A DNA stretch of 60,987 nucleotides, counting the filler, from Nemertoderma westbladi (Eukaryota > Animalia > Xenacoelomorpha), in NCBI GenBank assembly GCA_032718475.1. It is 3 parts of 3 records of this genome, joined end to end, with 100 filler letters (N's around TTAATTAATTAA, not from the genome) between each part and the next. Parts side by side here need not be neighbours in the genome. Positions count along the whole stretch, not along the records: positions 18,464 to 36,542 come from JAUCBJ010002570.1; positions 36,643 to 60,987 come from JAUCBJ010001626.1; 1 more part is not named here. One strand, 5' to 3'. Positions 25,723 to 38,097 of the stretch are shown here, one piece after another. Numbering within the stretch: position 1 is the first letter of the stretch; each line of letters starts with the position of its first letter. Both the position numbers and the translations under genes were made by a program. The notes beneath the pieces were generated by a model. It was not told the origin of the DNA, did no database searches, and saw only the letters and a list, made by a program, of their open reading frames with translations.

Positions 25723-26496
25723 CTACGTTTGGGCTGATTCGCTGATAGCTTTGGGGTTAATAACCACCGATTTGGTGCAATCGTGAGTCTTGTAAATCCC
25801 TACCAAGTGATCTCCGAGCTCGAACATCTGGTTCCTCAGCGAGATGATGACGAACTGGGCATCCCTGGTCCGCTCCTTGATGTAGTTGGCAACGATAGAC
25901 ACGTTCCTGTAATCCAAAGCGGCGTCAATCTCATCCATAACGTACAGCGGTGTCGGCTTATAGTGGTGCAATGCGAATACCAAAGCCAAGGAGCTCAGCG
26001 TCTTCTCCCCTCCACTAAGGTTGCAGATATTCTTCCAGGACTTCTTGGGTGGCCGCACTGAGAACTGGATGCCCTCCGAGAAGGGATCCAAACTGTCCAC
26101 CAACTCCAGCTCGGCGTCCCCACCCAGGGTTATCATCTGGTACATCTCTTTGAGTTTATGCGTGATCGTGAGAAAACCCTTCATGAACTCCTCCAGACGC
26201 GTCTTCTTCATGGTATCGTGTTCGGTCCTCTTGGCGTCCCGTTCTACCGTAACCGCATCCAACTCGCCCACCCTATCGAGGTACAACCTTTCGTTCTTCT
26301 TGTACGCCGCGATGGCGCCGAGATTGGGTTGCCCTGCTTTGATCTTCTCTTCCAACTCGGCGATATCGGCGGACACCGTATCGAGGTCAGCCTCCTCCAT
26401 CTCTTCCTCGACGAATACAGCGTAGGGCACGGTCTCCTCTCCGTCTATGTCGTTCAACTCCAACCTCGCCAACTCCCGTTTACATTGGCTCACCTT
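25723..26496 (-). CDS. SMC4: Structural maintenance of chromosomes 4 (condensin), terminal exon with the C-terminal ATPase head half
   Basis: KLKEMYQMITLGGDAELELVDSLDPFSEGI, VRPPKKSWK, LSGGEKTLSSLAL (ABC signature), YVMDEIDAALD (Walker B), AQFVIISLRN; CAG acceptor at 26499-26497; no upstream exons found. Confidence 0.95.
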   Translation of the reverse strand, partial: KVSQCKRELARLELNDIDGEETVPYAVFVEEEMEEADLDTVSADIAELEEKIKAGQPNLGAIAAYKKNERLYLDRVGELDAVTVERDAKRTEHDTMKKTRLEEFMKGFLTITHKLKEMYQMITLGGDAELELVDSLDPFSEGIQFSVRPPKKSWKNICNLSGGEKTLSSLALVFALHHYKPTPLYVMDEIDAALDYRNVSIVANYIKERTRDAQFVIISLRNQMFELGDHLVGIYKTHDCTKSVVINPKAISESAQT

Positions 26497-27746
26497 CTGA
26501 TACAGAACTTGTAGATGTAGTAGCGAGGTTCCTTTTGAGTAATCTGAGTAAATTGATTTAAATAATAAATTAAATTCTGAAATACTGAGTTAAATCATTG
26601 TAGTAAGTCTAACTACGTATACTAGTGACTATTATTATGTACGGGATTATTATAATAAATTTACCTGTAATAACAATGGATGGCGTCGTCCCTGGTCCCG
26701 TAACACTTTAATATAATCTTTTATGAACGGCCATTAATTATTCTAATGCCACATCTTTATATAATAATACAGATAATATAACAATAATAAACAATTAAGT
26801 ATTAATAAACTAAACTATAAATAAAAAACATTATACCAGAACGAGTGATAATAATGATAATGAAAGATTAGGCCTAATCAACTCAACTAAAATAATTATA
26901 TACTTAATGGTGGAGACAGAGCTAGTATATTGTCAGCAGCAGCGGCGCTCTATTACAAAGTTAAAGTAAAAAAATGTCTGGGACGAATGACCGCTGTCTT
27001 TTAAGTGAAACCGCGCACACCAATCCAATAATAAGACGGTCAATATATAATTCAACAAGCAAAGGCAATGTATGCAGAGTCGAGCTCAATAACATGTCCT
27101 TGTGTGTTGATTAGGCCTGGCGTGGTGTGTGGTTGACCCTGGCCTGGGTTGGTTAGTTTCCATGGAAATATGTTCTAGAATATTAAATGATTTGCCTTGA
27201 GTGAACCAAACCAACCACCCACACAATGCTGAAGCACAGCGCATTGTATCCCAGCCGTCCAGCCCAGCCCGGCTGGCGCCTTGTACAATACAATGCAAGC
27301 AGCTCAGCTCAATATTGCCTGTAAATTCTCTTGTAAATATTTTCCAACTCAATAAATAATTACACTTGAAATGCACTATAGAGGGGTGGGGAGGTGTTAG
27401 CGATGTCGCCAGGCGAATCTGAGTGTTTTTGGTGATCATTTCCTTAAAATATATTTTTTATGCTCTATCTCGTGGTGTCGGTTAGAACGCGCGAAAATGA
27501 AAATCGATGCTCATTTTTGAAAAAAATCGGAAGTTATTTCGGTAAATTATGGCTAATTAACGGAAGGGCTTTTGTGTTGGCAATTTATTAATTAATACAA
27601 CTGAATATTTGGCTGAATTGAAGTTCATTAACCCAGACAATTAAATTTAAATGACAAGTTATTTCGATAAATTATGGCTAATTTTCGGAAGGGCTTTTGT
27701 GTTGGCAATCCAATTTAAATGAAAGGTGTTCTTAGGATAATTTGAA

Positions 27747-27970
27747 TTAATAACGACTGCCCTACATAACGGCGCAGTGCACTTAATAACGAGTGCCCTA
27801 CATAACGGCTCAGTGCACTTAATAACGAGTGCCCTACATAACGGCTCAGTGCACTTAATAACGAGTGCCCTACATAACGACTCGGTGCACTTAATAACGA
27901 GTGCCCTACATAACGACTCAGTGCACTTAATAACGAGTGCCCTACATAACGGCGCAGTGCACTTTATAAC
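27747..27970. repeat. 36-bp minisatellite, ~6 copies
   Basis: Tandem copies; 12-aa periodicity in the overlapping ORF. Confidence 0.9.
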
Positions 27971-28018
27971 AAGTGCACTTCATTACGCACTTCATTATGC
28001 ACTTCATTAGTGCACTTA

Positions 28019-29570
28019 ATGTTATATGCTATATTATATGTTATATGCTATAGTACATGCTATGCGATATGCGGTATGCTATATGTTATGCTATATGCTA
28101 TGCTATATGCTATTTGCTATATGCTATATGCTATATGCTATGCTATATGCTATGCTATATGCTATATGCTATATGCTATATGCTATATGCTATATGCTAT
28201 ATGCTATATGCTATATGCTATATGCTATATGCTATATGATATATGCTATATGATATATGCTATAAGCAATATGTCATATGTTATGCTATAGTACATGCTA
28301 TACTATATGCTTTATGCTATATGCTCTATGCTATATGCTATATGCTATATGCTATATGCTATATGCTATATGCTATATGCTATATGCTATATGCTATATG
28401 CTATATGCTATATGCTATATGCTATATGCTATATGCTATATGCTATATGCTATATGCTATATGCTATATGCTATATGCTATATGCTATATGCTATATGCT
28501 ATGCTATATTCTATATGCTATTTGCTATATGCGATATGCTATGCTATATGATATGCTATATGCTATATGCTATGCTATATTCTATATGCTATTTGCTATT
28601 TGCTATATGCGATATGCTATGCTATATGATATGCTATATGCTATGCTATATGCTATGCTATATGCTATGCTATATGCTATGCTATATGCTATGCTATATG
28701 CTATGCTATATGCTATGCTATATGCTATGCTATATGCTATGCAATATGCTATGCTATATGCTATGCTATATGCTATGCTATATGCTATGCTATATGCTAT
28801 GCTATATGCTATGCTATATGCTATGCTATATGCTATGCTATATGCTATGCTATATGCTATGCTATATGCTATGCTATATGCTATGCTATATGCTATGCTA
28901 TATGCTATGCTATATGCTATGCTATATGCTATGCTATATGCTATATTTTATGTTATATGCTATAGTACATGCTATGCGATATGCTATATGTTATGCTATA
29001 TGCTATGCTATATGCGATATGCTATAAGCTATATGTTATATGTTATGCTATAGTACATGCTATGCTATATGCTTTATGCATTATGCTATGTGCTATGCTA
29101 TATGTTATATGTTATATGCTATGCTATATGCTATGCTATATGCTATGCTATGCTATATGCTATGCTATATGCTATGCTATATGCTATGCTATGCTATGCT
29201 ATGCTATGCTATGCTATGCTATGCTATGCTATGCTATGCTATGCTATGCTATGCTACTGCTATGCTATGCTATGCTATGCTATGCTATGCTATGCTATGC
29301 TATGCTATGCTATGCTATGCTATGCTATGCTATGCTATGCTATGCTATGCTATGCTATGCTATGCTATGCTATGCTATGCCATGCTATGCTATGCTATGC
29401 TATGCTATGCTATGCTATGCTATGCTATGCTATGCTATTCTATGCTATGCTATGCTATGCTATGCTATGCTATGCTATGCTATGCTATGCTATGCTATGC
29501 TATGCTATGCTATGCTATGCTATGCTATGCTATGCTATGCTGTGCTATGCTATTTTATGCTATGCTATGC
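28019..29570. repeat. TATGC/TATGCTA microsatellite with 7-, 12- and 5-mer domains
   Basis: Visible tandem units. Confidence 0.95.
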
Positions 29571-29571
29571 T

Positions 29572-32528
29572 TGTCAAAATTACATTTTGACAAACATAGC
29601 ATAGCATACAATTTTGACATTTCATTTTGCAAAAATGTCTTGACATTTGGACATGTCATTTTGCCAAATTGTCACTTTCAAAATGTCTTGCCAAAATGTC
29701 ATTTTCAAATTGACATTTTGACATGTCATTTTGCCAAAATGACACTTTAAAATTGACATTTGGACATGTCATTTTGCCAAAATGTCACTTTCAAATTGAC
29801 ACTTTGACATGTCATTTTGTCAAAATGTCAATGTGTCAATATGTCACTTTCGAATTGACATTTTGACATGTCATTTTGTCAAAATGTCAATTTCAAATTG
29901 ACATTTTGACATGTCATTTTGCCAAAATGTCATTTTGTCAAGATGTCATTTTCAAATTAACATTTTTACATGTCATTTTGCCAAATTGTCACTTTCAAAA
30001 TGTCTTGCCAAAATGTCATTTTCAAATTGACATTTTGACATGTCATTTTGCCAAAATGTCACGTTAAAATTGACATTTGGACATGTCATTTTGCCAAAAT
30101 GTCACTTTCAAATTGACATTTTGACATGTCATTTTGCCAAAATGTCATTTTCAAGTTGAGTTGACATTTTGACATGTCATTTTGCCAAAATGTCACTTTC
30201 AAATTGACACTTTGACATGCCATTTTGTCAAAATGTCAATGTGTCAATATGTCACTTTCGAATTGACATTTTGACATGTCATTTTGCCAAAATGTCACTT
30301 TCAAATTGACACTTTGACATGTCATTTTGTCAAAATGTCAATGTGTCAATATGTCACTTTCAAATTGACATTTTGACATGTCATTTTGCCAAAATGTCAT
30401 TTTCAAGTTGAGTTGACATTTTGACATGTCATTTTGCCAAAATGTCACTTTCAAATTGACACTTTGACATGCCATTTTGTCAAAATGTCAATGTGTCAAT
30501 ATGTCACTTTCGAATTGACATTTTGACATGTCATTTTGCCAAAATGTCACTTTCAAATTGACACTTTGACATGTCATTTTGTCAAAATGTCAATGTGTCA
30601 ATATGTCACTTTCGAATTGACATTTTGACATGTCATTTTGCCAAAATGTCACTATGTCATTTTGCCAAAGTGTCATTTTCAAATTGACATTTTGACATGT
30701 CATTTTGCCAAAATGTCACTTTCAAATTGACATTTTGACATGTCATTTTGCCAAAATGTCACTTTCGAATTGACATTTTGACATGTCATTTTGCCAAAAT
30801 GTCACTTTCGAATTGACATTTTGACATGTCATTTTGTCAAAATATCAATGTGTCAATATGTCACTTTCGAATTGACATTTTGACATGTCATTTTGCCAAA
30901 ATGTCACTTTCAAATTGACACTTTGACATGTCATTTTGTCAAAATGTCAATGTGTCAATATGTCACTTTCGAATTGACATTTTGACATGTCATTTTGCCA
31001 AAATGTCACTTTCAAAATGTCATTTTGCCAAAGTGTCATTTTCAAATTGACATTTTGACATGTCATTTTGCCAAAATGTCACTTTCGAATTGACATTTTG
31101 ACATGTCATTTTGCCAAAGTGTCATTTTCAAATTGACATTTTGACATGTCATTTTGCCAAAATGTCACTTTCAAATTGACATTTTGACATGTCATTTTGC
31201 CAAAATGTCACTTTCGAATTGACATTTTGACATGTCATTTTGCCAAAATGTCATTTTCAAGTTGAGTTGACATTTTGACATGTCATTTTGCCAAAATGTC
31301 ACTTTCGAATTGACATTTTGACATGTCATTTTGCCAAAATGTCACTTTCATATTGACATTTTGACATGTCATTTTGCCAAAATGTCACTTTCGAATTGAC
31401 ATTTTGACATGTCATTTTGCCAAAATGTCATTTTCAAATTGGCATTTTGACATGTCATTGTGTCAAAATTTCACTTTCGAGTTGACATTTTGACATGTCA
31501 TTTTGCCAAAATGTCACTTTCAAATTGACATTGACATGTCATTTCGCCAAAATGTCATTTTGCCAAAATGTCACTTTCAAATTGGCATTTTGACATGTCA
31601 TTGTGTCAAAATGTCACTTTCGAATTGACATTTTGACATGTCATTTTGCCAAAATGTCACTTTCAAATTGACATTTTGACATGTCATTTTGCCAAAATGT
31701 CATTTTCAAATTGACATTTTGACATGTCATTTTGCCAAAATGTCACTTTCAAATTGACATTTTGACATGTCATTTTGCCAAAATGTCACTTTCGAATTGA
31801 CATTTTGACATGTCATTTTGCCAAAATTTCACTTTCAAATTGACATTTTGACATGTCATTTTGCCAAAATTTCACTTTCAAATTGACATTTTGACATGTC
31901 ATTTTGCCAAAATGTCAAAATATCATTTTGCTAAATGTCACTTTCAAATTGACATTTTGACATGTCATTTTGCCAAAATGTCAGTTTCAAATTGACATTT
32001 TGACATGCCATTTTGCCAAAATGTCACTTTCAAAATGTCATTTTGCCAAAATGTCATTTTCAAATTGACATTTGACATGTCATTTTGCCAAAATGTCACT
32101 TTCAAATTGACATGTCATTTTGCCAATATGTCACTTTCAAATTGAAAGTTTGACATGTCATTTTGTCAAAATGTCACTTTCAAATTTACATTTTGACATG
32201 TTATTTTGCCAAAATGTCACTTTCAAATTGACATTTTGACATGTCATTTTGCCCAAATTGACATTTTGACATGTCATTTTGTCAAAATGTCATTATGTCA
32301 AGATGTCATTTTCATATTGACATTTTGACATCTCATTTTGCCAAAATGTCACTTTCAAAATGTCATTTTGCCAAAATGTCATTTTGCCAAAATGTCATTT
32401 TCAAATTGACATTTGACATGTCATTTTGCCAAAATGTCACTTTCAAATTGACATGTCATTTTGCCAAAATGTCACTTTCGAATTGACATTTTGACATGTC
32501 ATGTTGCCAAAATGTCACTTTCAAATTG
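29572..32528. repeat. ~43-bp palindrome-rich GACAT/ATGTC satellite, second array
   Basis: Same unit as 19543-21392. Confidence 0.93.
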
Positions 32529-35175
32529 CTTACATATGATTTGTAGTTCTCGCGATATTTCGGTTCAAACACAACGTTTTTTGATATTTTACGAAATTTA
32601 AGCTATTTTTATTGAAAAAGCAGACATAACTATTCCCAGTCCGTTTCTGTAACATTTAGAGAAAAGTTCACTTGTGATACTTCTTTTAGTGTTAAATTAA
32701 CAGCAGATTCCAAATACAGTAACCGTTTTTACATATGATTTGTAGTTCTCGCGATATTTGGGTTCAAACACAACGTTTTTTGATATTTTACGAAATTTAA
32801 GCTATTTTTATTGAAAAAGCAGACATAACTATTCCCAGTCCGTTTCTGTGAGATTTAGAGAAAAGTTCACTTGTGATACTTCTTTTAGTGTTAAATTAAC
32901 AGCAGATTCCAAATACAGTAACCGTTTTTACATATGATTTGTAGTTCTCGCGATATTTGGGTTCAAACACAACGTTTTTTGATATTTTACGAAATTTAAG
33001 GTATTTTTTCTTGAAAAAGCAGACATAACTATTCCCAGTCCGTTTCTGTAACATTTAGAGAAAAGTTCACTTGTGAAACTTCTTTTAGTGTTAAATTAAC
33101 AGCAGATTCCAAATACAGTAACCGTTTTTACATATGATTTGTAGTTCTCGCGATATTTCGGTTCAAACACACCGTTTTATGATATTTTACGAGATTTAAG
33201 ATATTTTTTATTGAAAAAGCAGACATAACTATTCCCAGTCCGTTTCTGTGACATTTAAAGAAAAGTTCACTTGTGATACTTCTTTTAGTGTTAAATTAAC
33301 AGCAGATTCCAAATACAGTAACCGTTTTTACATATGATTTGTAGTTCTCACGATATTTCGGTTCAAACACAACGTTTTTTGATATTTTACGATATTTAAG
33401 GTATTTTTTCTTGAAAAAGCATACATAACTATTCCCAGTCCGTTTCTGTAACATTTTGAGAAAAGTTCACTTGTGATACTTCTTTTAGTGTTAAATTAAC
33501 AGCAGATTCCAAATACAGTAACCGTTTTTACATATGATTTGTAGTTCTCGCGATATTTGGGTTCAAACACAACGTTTTTTGATATTTTACGAAATTTAAG
33601 GTATTTTTTCTTGAAAAAGCAGACATAACTATTCCCAGTCCGTTTCTGTAACATTTAGAGAAAAGTTCACTTGTGAAACTTCTTTTAGTGTTAAATTAAC
33701 AGCAGATTCCAAATACAGTAACCGTTTTTACATATGATTTGTAGTTCTCGCGATATTTCGGTTCAAACACACCGTTTTATGATATTTTACGAGATTTAAG
33801 ATATTTTTTATTGAAAAAGCAGACATAACTATTCCCAGTCCGTTTCTGTGACATTTAAAGAAAAGTTCACTTGTGATACTTCTTTTAGTGTTAAATTAAC
33901 AGCAGATTCCAAATACAGTAACCGTTTTTACATATGATTTGTAGTTCTCACGATATTTCGGTTCAAACACAACGTTTTTTGATATTTTACGATATTTAAG
34001 GTATTTTTTCTTGAAAAAGCATACATAACTATTCCCAGTCCGTTTCTGTAACATTTTGAGAAAAGTTCACTTGTGATACTTCTTTTAGTGTTAAATTAAC
34101 AGCAGATTCCAAATACAGTAACCGTTTTTACATATGATTTGTAGTTCTCGCGATATTTGGGTTCAAACACAACGTTTTTTGATATTTTACGAAATTTAAG
34201 GTATTTTTTCTTGAAAAAGCAGACATAACTATTCCCAGTCCGTTTCTGTAACATTTAGAGAAAAGTTCACTTGTGATACTTCTTTTAGTGTTAAATTAAC
34301 AGCAGATTCCAAATACAGTAACCGTTTTTACATATGATTTGTAGTTCTCGCGATATTTGGGTTCAAACACAACGTTTTTTGATATTTTACGAAATTTAAG
34401 GTATTTTTTCTTGAAAAAGCAGACATAACTATTCCCAGTCCGTTTCTGTAACATTTAGAGAAAAGTTCACTTGTGATACTTCTTTTAGTGTTAAATTAAC
34501 AGCAGATTCCAAATACAGTAACCGTTTTTACATATGATTTGTAGTTCTCGCGATATTTCGGTTCAAACACACCGTTTTTTGATATTTTACGATATTTAAG
34601 ATATTTTTTATTGAAAAAGCAGACATAACTATTCCCAGTCCGTTTCTGTAACATTTAGAGAAAAGTTCACTTGTGAAACTTCTTTTAGTGTTAAATTAAC
34701 AGCAGATTCCAAATACAGTAACCGTTTTTACATATGATTTGTAGTTCTCGCGATATTTCGGTTCAAACACACCGTTTTATGATATTTTACGAGATTTAAG
34801 ATATTTTTTATTGAAAAAGCAGACATAACTATTCCCAGTCCGTTTCTGTAACATTTAGAGAAAAGTTCACTTGTGATACTTCTTTTAGTGTTAAATTAAC
34901 AGCAGATTCCAAATACAGTAACCGTTTCTACATATGATTTGTAGTTCTCACGATATTTCGGTTCAAACACAACGTTTTTTGATATTTTACGATATTTAAG
35001 GTATTTTTTCTTGAAAAAGCATACATAACTATTCCCAGTCCGTTTCTGTAACATTTAGAGAAAAGTTCACTTGTGATACTTCTTTTAGTGTTAAATTAAC
35101 AGCAGATTCCAAATATAGTAACCGTTTTTAATTATATTTTGTTTTTATGGAGATAATGGGGTTGAAACACAACGT
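32529..35175. repeat. 200-bp satellite array, ~13 copies
   Basis: Same unit as 21393-24180, 200-bp periodicity. Confidence 0.95.
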
Positions 35176-36542
35176 CTTTGACATGAATTCAAAAAATTAC
35201 AGTTATGTAACTTGGATAAGAATTATTAATTATTTGTAATGTCAACAACTGATATAAACCAAATTTTTGAAACACACAGTTATAGAACTTAATATCAGTT
35301 CAGTTAAAAACAGTTAAATAACCATTATTATGTCGATAATTAATTAATTAGTTCTAATTAATATAAATTATCAATCGCGAGTGACCAATACACATTGATA
35401 TTTCAACATGGTAGAAACCCATCCCTAGGCAGTGTGTGGAGTATTAGCGGCGTTGTTCATCATCATGCGGCGTTCAATGTAGTCTGTCCTAAAAAAAATA
35501 TTAACAATAATTCAGATAGATCAATTAATTAGTACAAACTAATAGTAATAGTGTCTTAACTTATAGTTTTAAAACATATTTATATCGCGTATAATTTACA
35601 CAATATAATTTATAAATATCTTCCCAAAACTAAGAACTAGAAATATTATCGGAACCTCTTTAACAGTTTTATTAAACGGCCGTCGTCATATCCAGAACAT
35701 CAAACTTTCTTATAAGCGACTTGTAATTGAATTGAATCCAGACCGTAAATGAATTTCGCCAACACAATGAATGTTGTTTATTATGATTTCATAAGATTAT
35801 CTCTCTGTATCGTCTATAGCGGAGGGGCTATGGCAATATAACAATCCTTGAGTTCTTATTGGTCAGCAACAACTGGGATGGGGGGGGTTCTTATTGGTCA
35901 GCAACAACTGGGATGGGGGGGGGGGGGGGGGGGGGGGGGTGAAGTTAAGAATTAATTGAATTTCGTAAAAAAAGTTAAAGTAAATGGATAAATAAATATT
36001 GTTCTTTATAAAAACTTGTGTAGGTCGCGTTGTAATTAACGAAAGTTAAATGATTTTTAGCTCATTTAAAGGCCACACATTTCAGCATTATAAATATGTT
36101 AATAAATCGTATTAAAACCCAAGTGAAGTTACTTATTAAAGGGATTTCATATAAAATGGCATCGTAATGAGGTCGCGTTGCGATTACGTAACGCCGTGTC
36201 CGGCATATTTACTATCAGTTTTATGTGGATTGAAGACCAATATATCATTTGGATTTGTAATTTTTCTTATGAAGTAAGTTTGGTGATTGTCTTATATACT
36301 TTTTAATGTACTTTCCAATAACAGTGGCGCGTTATTCTAACCAAAACAATAAACTAAATTGAATAGCGTACGTAACTGATTAATATTTATTTCTATTGCA
36401 GTTGGGAAGGACTTTGTGAAGAATAAATTATTTAGTTGAGTTATTAAAACGCGTTAGTAAATAGGAATCCGGTAAATATTGTCCCCAAGAATTCACAAAC
36501 TCAATGAAGAACTCGATGTTTAGCTAAAAATCATTGATAATT
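35113..36542 (+). repeat. Near-identical duplicate of non-repetitive segment 24120-25542
   Basis: Line-by-line match with only scattered substitutions and homopolymer differences. Confidence 0.92.
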
Positions 36543-36642
36543 NNNNNNNNNNNNNNNNNNNNNNNNNNNNNNNNNNNNNNNNNNNNTTAATTAATTAANN
36601 NNNNNNNNNNNNNNNNNNNNNNNNNNNNNNNNNNNNNNNNNN
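36543..36642. other. Scaffold gap with artificial TTAATTAATTAA linker
   Basis: N runs around the linker. Confidence 0.95.
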
Positions 36643-38097
36643 ACTCATCATCTGCATATTACTAGCTGTTAACTGTTTACTGAAGTCTTCTTGCTTCTCT
36701 TGAAGATTTTCCAACTCCAGTTGGGCGATCTCTTCAGCCGCTCTCCGTTCTGCTTCCGCCACCGCTGCCGCTTTTACCTCTGCCGCTGCCGCTTTTGCCT
36801 CTGCCTTTGCTTCTGCTGCTGCCTTTGTTGCCTTTGCCTCTGCTTCTGCTGCTGCCGCTTTTGCCTCTGCCGCTGCTTCTGCCAAGGTCGCTTTTCTTTC
36901 CGCCTCTGCCACTGCTGCTATCTTTCTGTCTTCTATACGTTTTTTCCTTACTTGTTCTTCTTGTTCTCTAGCGATGCGGAGTTGTTCATCGAATTTAGCT
37001 TGATTCGCGGCCCTCATTTCCACATCGATGGCATCCAACACAAGCTGAGTTCCTTCGCTATTAGGGCTAAGTCCATCTAACCTTCTCCTCAGTTCGTCAT
37101 CACCTAAAAAACGTTGATAGTCCGACAGATAGATGTCAATGGCATCCCTCTTATGTGGTTTCTCTGCCGTCGCTTCACTTTCCACTTGGGAATAAGTAGC
37201 GTCTGTTGATTCTCCATGGGTTGATCGCTCCTCCAGCTGAGCTTTCCACTGAGCTGTTCCTTGAACCTGGAGATTCACCCGTTGAAACCAAGCCTTTACG
37301 GCAACTTGCAACGACGTGTCTTGTCTTCGTTTAGAAGCCTCCTCAAAGGCCGATAATATTAGCCTGATTCGTAGAATTCTTTCTCTAACTTGATAAAGCA
37401 GCAATCCCTGCTCTTGAGGTCCTTGAGGTTGTTGAAACAGTTGTTCTTTTAATCGCTCTATAGAGCTGAAGAATCCCTGTGCGTACCCGGCTGCGGACCT
37501 CTTCCACACCGCTGGATCGATGGTTTCCTTGGCTACTCCCATCCGGTGTATGTCTTCCCAGGCAGCTTCTGATAAATCAAACGGGAGTCCGGGTCCGGGG
37601 AAGTTCCATTGCGACTCGACCATGGACTTCAGTTCTTCCCTTGTGTATCCAGCATAACTATCTCTAGTTGAACGCTGGCTTCTCGCCCAATCGATCTGGT
37701 GTTCTTCCACAGCGATCAATAACCTAGTGAGTACGGCTGCAGGAAGGATGAGAAGGGGATCTGAATAAGCCTCATCCGTCATCCTTGCTCCGCGTTCGGG
37801 TGTCAGTTCTACCGTATCTTCACTACTGGAGCTGTCGGGCCGCTGAGAAATAAGTTCTTGGCTCGCGGGTTGTTGCTGTTCCGCTGCTTCTTCGTTCCGC
37901 TTGACCTGAGCTCGAGTGCCTATGACAGACCTACGATGTTGGACCAGCCTAGGTTCTTTTATTACTACTGGAGGGATGACCTTCCTCACAGTGGGAGGTG
38001 AACTGAACTTACGCCCAGACGGTTCTACGTCTCTATCTGAGTCGCAGATAGTTACATCTAATAAACTGTCTGACAGGTTCTGCTTAGTATCAGACAT
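36643..38097 (-). CDS. ORF1 of the LTR element (gag-position protein with an Ala/Glu/Lys coiled-coil), 3' end lost in the gap
   Basis: Intronless ORF of at least 485 codons downstream of the LTR/PBS; no family motif recognised. Confidence 0.55.
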
